Positions 8,909 to 19,801 of a DNA stretch of 64,000 nt are shown in pieces. Below the pieces are notes generated by a model. The model was given only the letters and a program-made list of their open reading frames with translations. It did not search any database and was not told where the DNA came from. Source of the stretch: Planctomycetaceae bacterium (lineage in GTDB: Bacteria > Planctomycetota > Planctomycetia > Pirellulales > UBA1268); assembly GCA_011523305.1 (NCBI GenBank), contig WTHB01000147.1, positions 35 through 64,034 on the forward strand, in the 5' to 3' direction. Position 1 is the stretch's first letter; every line of letters begins with the position of its first letter. Position numbers and translations under genes: made by a program.

Positions 8909-10369
8909 TCAGCCCGTCATCACCCCTGCCAGGTCATACCCAGCAGCGGCCACCATCTGGACGGGCACAATCTGGCCGGCCAGCGGAGTCTGCGGCGTAG
9001 TCTCCGGCGCGGTGACATAGACAGCACAGTCGATGTCGGGTGCGTCGGCTGCCGTGCGGCCAATCCAGACGTCGTCCCGCTGGCCACTGTGGCTGTCGAT
9101 GATGCACGGCAGCGTCTTGCCGACCTGCCGCTGGGTGTGTTCGTGGGCGATTGCCTGCTGCACCTGCATCAGTTCATCCCGCCGGGCGAGCTTGACCTCT
9201 TCCGGCAGGTGGCCATCGAGCCGCGCCGCCGGGGTGTCGGGCTCCAGGGAATAAGGAAACACACCGAGCCGCTCAAACCGCCACCGCTGGACGAACTCGA
9301 CCATCTCGGCGAACTGCTCATCGGTCTCGCCGGGAAAGCCGGTGATCATCGTGGTCCGCAGGACGACGTCCGGAATCCGGTCGCGGAGTTTGGTCAGCAG
9401 TTCTTCCGTCGGCCCGCGAGCCACCCGCCGCTGCATCCGCTTGAGCACCGGGTCGCTCGCATGCTGCAGTGGCATGTCGAGATATGGCAGAATTTTTCCA
9501 CTACCGGAAATCGTGTCGATCAGCCGGTCACTGAAGTACATTGGATAGAGGTACATCAGCCGAATCCACTCGATGCCGTCAATCTGCTCCAGGGCCTCAA
9601 GCAACTCAACCAGCCGGGGCTCGCCGTAGAGATCGCGACCGTAATAGGTCGTGTCCTGGGCGACGATAACCAACTCTTTGAGGCCGTCGGCTGCCAGTTC
9701 GGTCGCCTCGGCCACGACCTGCTCCAGCGGCTTGGTGGCATGCTTCCCCCGCATTTTCGGAATCGCACAGAAGGTGCAGGTCCGGTCGCAGCCCTCCGAG
9801 ATTTTGAGATAGGCCATATGCCGCGGCGTCACCCGCATGCGGTTGCCGTCGTGCAGGGCCGTCGCCGGAGCGGGCTGAAAGACGCTCCGCTGCTCCCCGA
9901 GGCTACCGATCAGTCGGTCAGCCGCCCGGGCCACCTCGTCCCGTGAAAAAACGCCGATCACGGCATCAACGCCCGGCCGCTCTTCCAGCAGGGTCTCCTT
10001 CTGCCGCTCGGCCAGACAGCCGGCCACGATCACCCCGCGGGTGCCGCCGGCAGCCTTGAGTCCGACCATTTCGTCGATCACGCCGTACGACTCAGCCCGC
10101 GAGGAATCAATGAAGGCGCAAGTGTTGATGATGACCAGATCCGACCCTTCCGGCTCGGGCACAAACTGCCAGCCATCGTCCCGCAACAACCCGAGCATCC
10201 GCTCGCTGTCGACGAGGTTCTTGGGGCAGCCGAGGCTGACCAGCGAAAAGGTGCCCCGGCAGTTCGCCGGGTCGATCGCGGCAACCTCAAGGCCCGCCCC
10301 CAGGCCGACGGTCACGCCACCACTGCTACAGCCGTCGGCGGGCTCCCCAACAATCGGAAGCTGCTGCAT
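8909..10369 (-). CDS. rimO: Ribosomal protein S12 methylthiotransferase RimO
   Basis: SLGCPKNLVDSE UPF0004 domain, radical SAM CDRTCTFC, C-terminal TRAM (DAPDID). Confidence 0.95.
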   Translation of the reverse strand: MQQLPIVGEPADGCSSGGVTVGLGAGLEVAAIDPANCRGTFSLVSLGCPKNLVDSERMLGLLRDDGWQFVPEPEGSDLVIINTCAFIDSSRAESYGVIDEMVGLKAAGGTRGVIVAGCLAERQKETLLEERPGVDAVIGVFSRDEVARAADRLIGSLGEQRSVFQPAPATALHDGNRMRVTPRHMAYLKISEGCDRTCTFCAIPKMRGKHATKPLEQVVAEATELAADGLKELVIVAQDTTYYGRDLYGEPRLVELLEALEQIDGIEWIRLMYLYPMYFSDRLIDTISGSGKILPYLDMPLQHASDPVLKRMQRRVARGPTEELLTKLRDRIPDVVLRTTMITGFPGETDEQFAEMVEFVQRWRFERLGVFPYSLEPDTPAARLDGHLPEEVKLARRDELMQVQQAIAHEHTQRQVGKTLPCIIDSHSGQRDDVWIGRTAADAPDIDCAVYVTAPETTPQTPLAGQIVPVQMVAAAGYDLAGVMTG

Positions 10370-10372
10370 GGT

Positions 10373-11536
10373 TCAGGCTCCCGCCGGCGTACTGGCCGGG
10401 CCACGCTGGGCAATCAACTGATCAAGCTCTTCCCGCAGCCGCGGCAAAATGGCGTCATAGGCAAACGCCCCGAGCGGCTCGCTCCCCTTTTTCAGGTTCA
10501 CGTGGGTCGGCCCACACCAGAGGCCCAAGTCGGCATCGTCGGTCTCGCCCGGGCCGTTCACCCGGCAGCCCATCACGGCGATGGTGATCGCATGGTCCTT
10601 GGCGTAGGCGGTCATCCGTTTGACCTCCTCGGCCAATTCGATGAAGGCCTCATTTTCGACCCGCGAGCAGCTCGGGCAACTGATAATATTGAGCGACTCC
10701 ATCCCAAAGTCGACCACACTCCGCACCCGGCCGGCTGCGATGTCGGCCAGGATGCTGTTCGCTGCCTCAATCTCCTCGGGCTTCCGGTCGTTGGACACCG
10801 TCAGGGACACCCGCACGGTGTCGCCAATACCCCGGCTGACCAACTGCTCAAAGGCGATCCGGGTCTTGATGATGCCATCGGGTGGCATGCCCGCCTCGGT
10901 CACGCCGAGATGCAGGGGCACATCGGGCCGCTGCTCGGCAAACCGGCGATTGACCTCGATCACCTTCTGAGGATCTGAGTCTTTCAGTGAGACCACGTAC
11001 CGGGTGAAGCCAATTGTGTCGAGCAGCTCGCAGTGTTCCAGGGCGCTGGCCAGCATCGGGCCGATCGAGTCGTCGTCGGCAAACTGTTCCTTCTTCGCCG
11101 GATCAACACTGCCACAGTTCACGCCCACCCGCAGGGCACAGTCGTTGTCACCCGCCACACCGGCAATGAATTTGACCTTCTCCTGCCAAGGTTTTTCGGT
11201 CTCGTGGTGGTAGAGATGGCCCGGGTTGTAGCGGAGTTTGTCGACGTACGCGGCCACCTCAGCCGCCAGCCGGTAGTTCTCCTGAAGATCGATCGCCAGG
11301 TTGGCCTGGGTACCCGCCCGGATGGCCGGCAGGGCGGCGGCGTCCTTCTTGCTGTCGACGGCAATCCGCACCACGCCGGCGCCAGCGGCATGAAGGGCGT
11401 TGACCTGCCCAAGCGTCGCCTCCACATCCTGAGTGTGGGTGGCGGTCATGCTCTGCGGGGCGATCGGGTTTCCGGCCCCGACCGTGATGCTGCCGATGCT
11501 GACGGCCCGCGTGGGGTTTCGTTCGATGCTGACCAC
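10373..11536 (-). CDS. ispG: (E)-4-hydroxy-3-methylbut-2-enyl-diphosphate synthase
   Basis: [54 protein letters not shown]; GTG start. Confidence 0.95.
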   Translation of the reverse strand: MVSIERNPTRAVSIGSITVGAGNPIAPQSMTATHTQDVEATLGQVNALHAAGAGVVRIAVDSKKDAAALPAIRAGTQANLAIDLQENYRLAAEVAAYVDKLRYNPGHLYHHETEKPWQEKVKFIAGVAGDNDCALRVGVNCGSVDPAKKEQFADDDSIGPMLASALEHCELLDTIGFTRYVVSLKDSDPQKVIEVNRRFAEQRPDVPLHLGVTEAGMPPDGIIKTRIAFEQLVSRGIGDTVRVSLTVSNDRKPEEIEAANSILADIAAGRVRSVVDFGMESLNIISCPSCSRVENEAFIELAEEVKRMTAYAKDHAITIAVMGCRVNGPGETDDADLGLWCGPTHVNLKKGSEPLGAFAYDAILPRLREELDQLIAQRGPASTPAGA

Positions 11537-11643
11537 TGGATCTCCTGCTACCTTGCGGGCTGTTGCCCCTGCGACACGGGCCGCTTTTCACCGCGGCAAT
11601 TTCCTTCAAAATAGCAGGAAACCCTTCCCCCGGCGATCCACCT

Positions 11644-12126
11644 ATGCGGTACGAGCCCTGCCTCCACATCGTCCTCTACGAGCCCGAAATTCCACCCAAT
11701 GCCGGGAACATCGGTCGGACCTGCGTCGGCATCGGTGCAAAAATGTGGCTGGTTGAGCCGCTCGGCTTCACGATCAACGACTATTACCTGCGGCGGGCGG
11801 GCCTCGATTACTGGGATGAATTGGAGTGGGACGTGGTGCCCAACTGGGACACCCTGGTCAGCCGCGTAACGGCCGAAGGGGGAAATCTGGGCTGGTTCTT
11901 TTCCGCTCATGCCACCCGCTCCTACACCGACGTCTCCTACCAGCGGGGCGACGTGCTCGTCTTCGGCAGTGAATCGAGTGGGCTGCCGCAGTCGATCAAG
12001 CAGCCCCACAGCGATCGACTGCTGACGATTCCGTCACGGCCGCAGATCCGCAGCCTCAATCTGTCCAACACCGCAGCTGTCGTCGCCTTTGAGGCGATCC
12101 GCCAGTGGGGCGGACTGCCGGGTTAG
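11644..12126 (+). CDS. trmL: tRNA (cytidine(34)-2'-O)-methyltransferase (SpoU/TrmL family)
   Basis: PEIPPNAGNIGR, LRRAGLDYW, FGSESSGL, RSLNLSN; start MRYEP (11644). Confidence 0.92.
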   Translation: MRYEPCLHIVLYEPEIPPNAGNIGRTCVGIGAKMWLVEPLGFTINDYYLRRAGLDYWDELEWDVVPNWDTLVSRVTAEGGNLGWFFSAHATRSYTDVSYQRGDVLVFGSESSGLPQSIKQPHSDRLLTIPSRPQIRSLNLSNTAAVVAFEAIRQWGGLPG

Positions 12127-14012
12127 TCGCCTGCCTTGTCTGCAAACAGTGGCAGGTGCCGGTAGTAGGTTTCAAGCATGCAGGCCGACAGGGCCGTGGT
12201 GAAAAGCCGCCCGCCCTTCACCCCAAACAGGTCGCGGACCGGCGACCAGCTCCCCTTGTCGGGGCCACGCTGCTCCTGATGGGCAGGCAACAGTTCCCGC
12301 ATGCTGGCATTCCACTCCCGCCAGGGCTGCCCGCCGAGATGGTGGCAGACCTGTGTGATGTAGTACCAGGCATAGACGTTCTGGTCGTGCCGGACCAACG
12401 ATCGCCGCGGCATGTCGACCAGGTTCACCATCGTGCCCCCACCGCCTGGCGGCCCGGCGAAGGCAATCGGTGAGTCCGTCAGCAGCCGGCCGACGACTGC
12501 CACAACATGCGGATCGTCCGGGGACGTTCCCAGGAAGAGCCGCCCCAGAATCGCCTCGGCAGAAATGGCCGGCTGAAATTTTCGCAAGCCGCCATAGGGA
12601 TTGAACTGATAGTCATAGCCCCACACGGTATCGGCGAGGGCTTCAGCCTGCGGTTGCTCTCCCACGCCCGCCACCGCAGCCGGTTTCTTGATCAGCTCCG
12701 GCCTGATCTGGAGCTGATCAAGGAATGCCTCAACCCGCCTGTAAGCCTGCTCAACTGCGGGACCAGAAAGGCCTGCCATCTCAGCCGTCTTGAGAGCCAG
12801 GATGAACCAGCCGGTCACTGACAGGTCGCCTTGGTTCTTCCAGCTTACGCGCAGCCCGTCCACATTGGCATCGGGCAGGTGATACCGCCAGCCCCCGTCG
12901 GGCAGCTGGGCGTCGAGACAATACTGCACTGCCCGCTGTGCGGCCTGCTCCAGCCGCGGCTCACGCGTCATGCCATAGGCCTCGCAGAGGGCCATGGTGG
13001 CCTGCCCATGGGCGTACATCCGGCCGGCTGCCGAGGTGTGGTCGTCCGAAGAGATGAAAAACCGGCCTGCTGGCGTCTGGGTTTTCAGCAGGGCCTGCCA
13101 GGCGTTGGCGACCGCCGCGGCATGCTCCCCTGCGACTGTCGTGTTCCCAGCACCCTGCAAGGCAAGCAGCGCCATCGCGGTGGCTGCCACTCGATTCTCT
13201 TCGGACCCGCCATCAGGGTACGGTCCTTCCAGGCTCCAGAGCCCAGCGTGCGGCCCTCGCTTTTCTTGTTGCTGAACGAGCCAGCGAAGCGCCAACTCAA
13301 CTGCACGCTCGGTCTGGTCTGAGCCTCCCCCTACCGCCACCAGCCGGCGACGGCTTCCCTCCTGCCGTCCCGTCAACAGGGTTCCCACAGCCATCCGCCG
13401 GCGTGGCGCCGCCTGCTGCTCAGCCGCGGGCGTGAGTTGCTCATGCGCCGGTGACGACGCCGGGTCATCCACCGCCGGCTTGTCGCTGATCGCGACTTCG
13501 TTGGCTGTCGCCTCAGGGTCAGCAGCATCTGGAGGAGCAAGCAGCAGCGCTACCGTTGGTGGCCCGGGGGGACCCGGCTGCTGTGCAAACTCGAGGGTCA
13601 GGGCAAGCCGACCGGTATCGACAACTCGCGCCGACATCAGCACCAGCACAAGAATGATGACGACATGCACCATCAGGCTGACACTCCAGACGGGGCCCGA
13701 ACGAACCATGGCAGCGACGGTCTGCCGCAGCGGAATGCGGCGGAGCAGGTCGAGTGGTCCAACCGCCGCAGTCTCATCGAACAACCCCCCCGATCGCTGC
13801 CGCCGTGGCCGTTCGGCCTCAGGGGTGACCACCACCGCTCGCTCACCCGGCGACTGACCCGTAGCTGCCTCAGACGCCTGCTGCTGCCACGGCAGCCCCC
13901 CGACCAGTTGCTTCGACCCTACCGTTGCCCGGCGCCTGGCCCCAGGCAACGAGCCACCGCCAGCAGAGGCTGGCTGCTCTGGCATCCACGGTGGCGGGTC
14001 TGGTCTGGTCAT
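12123..14012 (-). CDS. Membrane-anchored prenyltransferase/squalene-cyclase-repeat protein (planctomycete type)
   Basis: WSVSLMVHVVI TM anchor, ALRWL, MYAHGQATMALCEAYGMT, QLPDGGWRY, GDLSVTGW, YAWYYITQ, C-terminal YYRHLPL; start uncertain (up to 14084). Confidence 0.8.
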   Translation of the reverse strand: MTRPDPPPWMPEQPASAGGGSLPGARRRATVGSKQLVGGLPWQQQASEAATGQSPGERAVVVTPEAERPRRQRSGGLFDETAAVGPLDLLRRIPLRQTVAAMVRSGPVWSVSLMVHVVIILVLVLMSARVVDTGRLALTLEFAQQPGPPGPPTVALLLAPPDAADPEATANEVAISDKPAVDDPASSPAHEQLTPAAEQQAAPRRRMAVGTLLTGRQEGSRRRLVAVGGGSDQTERAVELALRWLVQQQEKRGPHAGLWSLEGPYPDGGSEENRVAATAMALLALQGAGNTTVAGEHAAAVANAWQALLKTQTPAGRFFISSDDHTSAAGRMYAHGQATMALCEAYGMTREPRLEQAAQRAVQYCLDAQLPDGGWRYHLPDANVDGLRVSWKNQGDLSVTGWFILALKTAEMAGLSGPAVEQAYRRVEAFLDQLQIRPELIKKPAAVAGVGEQPQAEALADTVWGYDYQFNPYGGLRKFQPAISAEAILGRLFLGTSPDDPHVVAVVGRLLTDSPIAFAGPPGGGGTMVNLVDMPRRSLVRHDQNVYAWYYITQVCHHLGGQPWREWNASMRELLPAHQEQRGPDKGSWSPVRDLFGVKGGRLFTTALSACMLETYYRHLPLFADKAGD

Positions 14013-14322
14013 CAGGCGAAGAACATTTTGTGTAAAGGCGGTCCTGGCAAACGGCTCCGGATGTCCGTCACCACCACCACTCAATCGAACCCAGAACCCC
14101 GCATAACCGCCACAGGGCTTTTTTTCGGTCTCGGCTCAGGTTATGCTTTCAGTGGTCCGAAGATAGTTGTCGGCGGTTCGCCGTTGGCATCGCGACCGGA
14201 AGGCCGATCAGAGCGGTTCAACCGGTTACGCGACGGAAAAACTTCGTGCTGGCAGCACACTGCGTGTTCTCCGGCTCGATGGGATGTCGGCAGGCCATCT
14301 TCGGACGCCCAAAACACCATGT

Positions 14323-14396
<74 letters not shown>

Positions 14397-14406
14397 CTTT
14401 CTTTAC

Positions 14407-14445
14407 GCCCGCAGGGCCATCCTGGCCCCTGCGGGCTTGTTTTTT
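14407..14445 (+). terminator. Intrinsic terminator of the tRNA transcript
   Basis: GCCCGCAGGGCCA-TCC-TGGCCCCTGCGGGC (one bulge) followed by TTGTTTTTT. Confidence 0.75.
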
Positions 14446-14594
14446 CGGCGTCCTCCTGCCGCCGTGGCGTCAACCGTGCAGCCGGAGGCAGGGCCATCCT
14501 GGCCCCTGCGGGCTTATTTTTTCGGCGGCCTCCTGCCGCCGTGGCGTCAACCGTGCAGCCGGGGGCAGGGCCATCCTGGCCCCTGCGGGCTTGT
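14411..14594 (+). repeat. 77-bp direct tandem repeat, two full copies plus a 30-bp partial copy
   Basis: Units start at 14411, 14488 and 14565 with GCAGGGCCATCCTGGCCCCTGCGGGCTT; only a few substitutions between copies. Confidence 0.95.
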
Positions 14595-14666
14595 CTTGCA
14601 GCGACCTCAGCCGTCGTGGAGAAAATCGTACTGCAATGGCACGGTCACTGCTGCCAGCACAAACGA

Positions 14667-16013
14667 CTATCGAAGCCAGGCGTCAACAATCCCTGTGCTG
14701 TCAGCGAACTGGTTTGCGGGCAAACCGAGCAGTTGTCCTTGCGTAAGCCACAGGTTTGCCAACGGCGTCCCTTCGGGCATGTTGATGTGCAATCCAGTCT
14801 GAACCCGCTGGCCTCCACCAGCAACAATAATCGGCAGATCGTTGTATTGATGGGTTGACCCATCGCCAAGACCTGAACCATATGTAAGCAACGTATTGTC
14901 AAGGAGCGTCTTGCCATCTGCCTCCTCAATTGCATCCATTCGCTCAACAAGAAATGCGAATTGTTCCATATGGAACCGATCCAGCTTGAGCAGATCATCA
15001 ATGGCTTCGGTCTGATTGTGTGACATTTGGTGGTGACTCCGAGGCTTATCAAACACGCTCTCATAGAGGAAGGGCGTATCCCACCGCTCTGGGCCGACCA
15101 TGAATGTCGCGACATTTGTCAGTCCGGCCTGCAACGCAACCACCATCAAATCGCCCATCAACCGAATGTACTCGCCACGGGGCAGGTAGGCGTCGGGCGG
15201 CTCCTCGAGCGATACGGCAGCGAGCTCCGCCTTCATCTTCTCAAGCCGCTCGGTTTTTCGCTCGATGGACCGAATCGCCTCAAGATACTCGCCGAGCTTA
15301 TGCCGGTCACCTGCAGCAAGCTGACGATTCAGGTCGCGCGCATCTTCGAGGACTAGGCTCGTGACCTCACGGTACCGGTCTGACTCAGAACGAGAAAAGA
15401 GCCGACGATACATTGCCCGAGGATCGCGGATCGAGGGTGCCACATGACCGGTTCCATACCAGGAAATATTATCGAAGTAGATCGACTCCCGATTGTCTTT
15501 GTGACTATTACAGCTGAACTCAAGTGTCGGAAAAGGTGTCGTTTTTCCAATCTCATCGGCAACCAAATGGTCAAGCGTCCGATCGAGAGGCCAAGCAGTC
15601 CCTTCAATCGTGTACGGCTTCGCGCTACTCAAATAGCACGAGGCACACTGCGCATGGACGTCAGTTCCCTGCTGAAAGGTGCGGTCCATACCTGTAATCA
15701 GAGTCACTTTTGCTTTGCTTGCCTCAAGGGGCTGCATTGTCGGCGTGAGATTTGCAAGCGGGCGAACTGAAAAATCCGGGTCCTGCCGGCCGAGCGACCT
15801 CATCTTGTTGCCCAAGTTTCCCTTGGGAATAACATGATCCGCTTCCCCCGGAAAAAAGCCTCGTCGCACCACGCCGATCGGAACATAGAAATGCGCCATA
15901 CGGAGTGGACCGGCACGGTTTGGGGCGGCAGCAACGAGGCTCTCTAACCACGGCAATGCCAGACTTGAGCCAGCGATACCACGCAAGAACCCCCGCCGTG
16001 TTGATAACTGCAT
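14667..16013 (-). CDS. DUF1552 (HxxSHH) family Tat-exported protein
   Basis: STRRGFLRG Tat motif, LPWLESL, HHQMSHN, TLLDNTLLTYGSGLGDG, PLANLWLT. Confidence 0.88.
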   Translation of the reverse strand: MQLSTRRGFLRGIAGSSLALPWLESLVAAAPNRAGPLRMAHFYVPIGVVRRGFFPGEADHVIPKGNLGNKMRSLGRQDPDFSVRPLANLTPTMQPLEASKAKVTLITGMDRTFQQGTDVHAQCASCYLSSAKPYTIEGTAWPLDRTLDHLVADEIGKTTPFPTLEFSCNSHKDNRESIYFDNISWYGTGHVAPSIRDPRAMYRRLFSRSESDRYREVTSLVLEDARDLNRQLAAGDRHKLGEYLEAIRSIERKTERLEKMKAELAAVSLEEPPDAYLPRGEYIRLMGDLMVVALQAGLTNVATFMVGPERWDTPFLYESVFDKPRSHHQMSHNQTEAIDDLLKLDRFHMEQFAFLVERMDAIEEADGKTLLDNTLLTYGSGLGDGSTHQYNDLPIIVAGGGQRVQTGLHINMPEGTPLANLWLTQGQLLGLPANQFADSTGIVDAWLR

Positions 16014-16058
16014 CAGAGCGTGTCCTTTGCCTATGAAACGAAGACCGAAAATATTCCT

Positions 16059-18056
16059 TTAGCGATCTCCTGCCGTCTGAAATGGCTCACTTGCAAGCAC
16101 CTCACGAACCAAGGTCTGCATGCGGTCACCATCGGCCGCCGTTCGCCGTGCAATAGTGCGAATGGCCTCCCTATCAGCGACGGTCAACTCCCGCGCGACC
16201 GCGAAGGCCAACAAGTGCCCCGCGAGGGCCTCAATAAAACGCCGTTTCTCTGCAAGCACAGCGTCCTTGAACTCCACCGGAGTGCGGAACAGCCGGAATC
16301 GAAAAAGCTCTCCGGCAGCATCAACGACCCGACCATTTGTATAGACATCTCGCCACGCCCCAACCGCATCGTAGTTTTCGAGTGCGAAACCAAGCGGGTC
16401 AATGCGTTCATGGCACCCTCGGCAATCAGCTCGCTGACGGTGCATCGCGATCCGCTCGCGGAGGGTACGTTCCGCCTCAGCACCGATCGGGTGTTCAGCA
16501 AGAGGTGCAACGTCCGCAGGAGGTGGAGGAGGAGGTGCATTGAAGATCACACTGGCCACCCAAGCCCCACGCGAAATCGGCTTCGTTTGTTCAGAACCAG
16601 ATGTCATCGTCATGACAGCGGCATTCGTAATCAGCCCACCTGTACGCCTGTCGGTGACTGGCACCCGGTAAAACGTGAGCTGTGTGACCTGATTTGCCTT
16701 GCCTCGCGGACGCAGGTCCCGAGGGGTTGCCAACTCGCCATATGCCCGCTCGAGATGTTCCGAACGATAGGTGAAGTCCGGGTCAATGAGCTGGGTAATC
16801 GGCCTGTTCTCCACGAAGATCGTCTCGAACAGAAGCAGTGGCTCAAGCATCATGTGCATGCTGGCACGATACTTGGAGAAGTAAAATCCTGGGAACTTCT
16901 CGCGGTTTGGCACCGATGAGATAAGCCGTTCAAGCTGCAGCCACTGTCTCGGAAAACTGTCGAGGAATCGCTTTATCTTTCGATCGGACAGCATCCTCGT
17001 GATTTCAGCATCAAAAACGTGCTTATCCCGCAACTGTTCCTTTGACGCCAGGCTGAGCAGCCGCTCGTCAGGCAAACTGCCCCAAAGAAAAAAAGAAAGA
17101 CGTGAGGCGAGCGCAAAGTCTCCACCTGTCGAGTCATCGTGCAAATAGAGAAACCGGGGAGAGGCCAGAATTGCCGCCGCCACTGACTTCATTACATCCG
17201 TAAATCCGGCACCTTCGGAAAGCTTTGCGTGAGCAAATGCTGTGTACCGCTCAAGCGTTGCAGCATCGACTGGCTGCCGAAAGGCCTTTGCAAGAAATGG
17301 TTCAAGTCGCGGCTTGATAACGTCATGATAATCTCCTGGCTGTGCTGGGGGCTTGAAGAAGGTATCCCACACACCAACGTTTTTGCGCGTAAAATCTGGA
17401 CTCGTCGTGATCGACTGCCCGAGATTGAGCAAGGACTCAAGTAACAGCGGGGAAAGTGAGAGATGGTCCGCCCGGTTGTCATAGCCATGCTCCGCGCGGA
17501 GGTCTTGCGGAAATGCCGCCACACCCGCAAGTCGCGGCTCGATCAACTGCGACTTTCCCAGCGGACGATTGCCGACATGCACGGTGTCAGGCATGGCACC
17601 GGACTCGGGCTGAAAAGAGTCTCGGTAGTACCGCAAAATCTGCTCAGGAAGCGTGAAGACGGCACACCGCAGGCCAAACAAGTCGGTGACGGCATTGCTG
17701 TATTGAAATCGGTTCATACGACGGATTGGTGTCGTAGCCCGCTTGATGTGCGAGACGGCATCTCGCTCGATCTCATACAGGCTTTCAAGCACTTCGACGC
17801 GGAGCTCCTCAGGCAAAGGTTCCATATCCTGTGGTGGCATCTCACGACGATCGAGCACCCCGACAATGCGGGTCAACAACTCCGTGTCTGTTCGCAACGC
17901 TGTCTCTTTGAATGCGGCAAACGACACACCCAGTACGTCTTCACCACCTTCTTCATGACAGTCAATGCAGTGGTGCTGAATGGCTCTTTCCAGAACTAAT
18001 TCGGCATACGTGGGCGTTGCAACCAACCCCACGAACAGCACATGCACATACCGCAT
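16059..18056 (-). CDS. DUF1592/DUF1588-family planctomycete cytochrome c protein
   Basis: CIDCH and CRGCH haem motifs, IRRMNRFQYSNAVTDL, LASRLSFFLWGSLPD, DPLGFALENYDAVG; start set at MRYVHV (18056) with signal peptide. Confidence 0.88.
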   Translation of the reverse strand: MRYVHVLFVGLVATPTYAELVLERAIQHHCIDCHEEGGEDVLGVSFAAFKETALRTDTELLTRIVGVLDRREMPPQDMEPLPEELRVEVLESLYEIERDAVSHIKRATTPIRRMNRFQYSNAVTDLFGLRCAVFTLPEQILRYYRDSFQPESGAMPDTVHVGNRPLGKSQLIEPRLAGVAAFPQDLRAEHGYDNRADHLSLSPLLLESLLNLGQSITTSPDFTRKNVGVWDTFFKPPAQPGDYHDVIKPRLEPFLAKAFRQPVDAATLERYTAFAHAKLSEGAGFTDVMKSVAAAILASPRFLYLHDDSTGGDFALASRLSFFLWGSLPDERLLSLASKEQLRDKHVFDAEITRMLSDRKIKRFLDSFPRQWLQLERLISSVPNREKFPGFYFSKYRASMHMMLEPLLLFETIFVENRPITQLIDPDFTYRSEHLERAYGELATPRDLRPRGKANQVTQLTFYRVPVTDRRTGGLITNAAVMTMTSGSEQTKPISRGAWVASVIFNAPPPPPPADVAPLAEHPIGAEAERTLRERIAMHRQRADCRGCHERIDPLGFALENYDAVGAWRDVYTNGRVVDAAGELFRFRLFRTPVEFKDAVLAEKRRFIEALAGHLLAFAVARELTVADREAIRTIARRTAADGDRMQTLVREVLASEPFQTAGDR

Positions 18057-18348
18057 GAAGCCCCACCAGGAGCCCCCATCGCGTCGCATGTTCGTAGCCG
18101 AAATCTGAGAAGCCATTCTGCTCCTTCTTCTTTTAATTCTGCCCGACGCATATGGAGCGAGAAACCCCGGCTCCAGCACTCCTCCGTCGCGATGTTGTAC
18201 TGCGTCGTTGGTGACGAGAAAACGAACTGTCCTTGACGTCCGCTCAAGCAACAAATGCTGGGGAACGATCTTGCCCCGCCACCCCAGCCGCCACCATATC
18301 AATTAGCCCTAAAGAACGCGGCTCCCGGACGGACAACAGTTCTTCCAC

Positions 18349-19791
18349 TTAACGCTGCCGAAAGGCGAACACTCCGCGCTTATTCGCCACCACGATGTCT
18401 CGCTTACCGTCACTGTCCAGATCGGCCACGGTGACTTGGGTCCCCACACCGCTATCATCATCGACGAGATGCGGCTCAAAACTGGCCTTGCCCGTGGCGT
18501 CGTCGCGGACCAGTTGAAACCAGTAGAGCACTGGCGCTGCATTGGGCTCCGGGTCTTTCATCGGCCCATGCGCCCACCGGCGTTTCCCGGTCACGAAGTC
18601 GGTCAGCCCGTCGCCGTTTATGTCGGCAGCCGCCAGCGCATGCGGCTGCGTGAAGCAGATTCCCTGTGGATGCTCATCCGCCGAGGTGCCGAGGATCTGA
18701 TGCTCACGAAACCGGCCGTCAGCATCCTGCCGGAACCAGCCGATGCCATACCCATGAGCGTCGTAGCTCGTCACCACGTCGTTTCGCCCATCCCCATCGA
18801 CATCGAACACAAGCATCTGTGCACCCCCGCGGGCATCAGCCGGCCCAAAGGGCCCTGGATGGAATGGCCAGATTGCATTCTGATCGATGTTTGCCGGCTG
18901 CTCGAACCAACCGTCCTTTGAAAGGATGTCGACCCTGCCGTCACTGTTGACGTCACCAGCGCCCGCGCCGTGTGTATAGCGAAAATACTTCTTGTCGTTC
19001 TCGGGACTGCGGGGGGTGATGGGCCTGAATCTGGCCGGGGCAAAGGGGGTAGCCCAATCGATTTCGGCAAAGCCAAGCCGGCCGCCGAGTTCCGGTCCGC
19101 TCGACTGGCAAAAAAGTTCCGGCCTCCCGTCGCCGTTGATATCGACGAGCCCCGGTGATTCCCCGTCGGCAACATCGAACACAGCGTGCCTCTGCCACTC
19201 CCCGCCGCCCGCACCGGGATTGACAAAGACCGCTGCTGGCTCACCCGGCAGGTCATAGACGAGGATGTCCGGCCGCTCATCCGCATTGAAGTCATGGGCA
19301 AACATCAGAAAGTAGTTGGAGTAACCACGGGCTGGGTCGTAGGGGGTCTTGGCAGGCCCCTTGGCGTTCTCTCGCGGCGGGGTGTACTCCGTGCGGCGTG
19401 AAAACCCGGGGCCGTGCCAGATCAAGTTACCCGCCGCTATGTCGACGTGGCCATCTCCGTCAAAATCGGCCACGGCGCAGCCCTCAGCTACGAACCGCTC
19501 TGTAATCACGTGCTTGTCAAAGGTGACGTCGGCCGCCTCCAGCGTTGCCGCCGCACCACCAAGACAGATGGCAAGCGTCCCTGTTACCACGGCTTTGAAC
19601 CGGCAGCGTTCCTGGGACCAAACCTCTCGGCCACTCACACGACGCTGCTCACCCCGCTCTCCTGCATGCACGGAGGCACCGTTGACTCGCTGAAGCGTCT
19701 CCCTCCTCCCATGCTGGAACGGAGTGGTTCGCTGCGTGGCCAACTGGCAGACCGCCTGATCGGTGCTGCGGACAGGGTTTACACGCGTCAT
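18349..19791 (-). CDS. Secreted FG-GAP/VCBS repeat (beta-propeller) protein
   Basis: Repeated DxDGDGxxD motifs (DFDGDGHVD, DINGDGRPE, DVDGDGRND, DINGDGLTD); signal-like segment after an uncertain N-terminus. Confidence 0.85.
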   Translation of the reverse strand: MTRVNPVRSTDQAVCQLATQRTTPFQHGRRETLQRVNGASVHAGERGEQRRVSGREVWSQERCRFKAVVTGTLAICLGGAAATLEAADVTFDKHVITERFVAEGCAVADFDGDGHVDIAAGNLIWHGPGFSRRTEYTPPRENAKGPAKTPYDPARGYSNYFLMFAHDFNADERPDILVYDLPGEPAAVFVNPGAGGGEWQRHAVFDVADGESPGLVDINGDGRPELFCQSSGPELGGRLGFAEIDWATPFAPARFRPITPRSPENDKKYFRYTHGAGAGDVNSDGRVDILSKDGWFEQPANIDQNAIWPFHPGPFGPADARGGAQMLVFDVDGDGRNDVVTSYDAHGYGIGWFRQDADGRFREHQILGTSADEHPQGICFTQPHALAAADINGDGLTDFVTGKRRWAHGPMKDPEPNAAPVLYWFQLVRDDATGKASFEPHLVDDDSGVGTQVTVADLDSDGKRDIVVANKRGVFAFRQR

Positions 19792-19801
19792 CGAAAAACC
19801 C

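Noticed and set aside
8513-9946. 477-aa plus-strand ORF and many other long antisense ORFs
   Set aside because: Shadows of real genes (here rimO) expected in high-GC DNA; no recognisable motifs
12123-14012. Squalene-hopene cyclase assignment
   Set aside because: Only one barrel with QW-like repeats, no DxDD motif, and an N-terminal TM anchor; fits the generic planctomycete prenyltransferase-repeat family
14411-14594. CRISPR array interpretation of the repeats after the tRNA
   Set aside because: The sequence between the palindromic parts is also repeated (no unique spacers), there are only 2.4 units, and no cas genes are present
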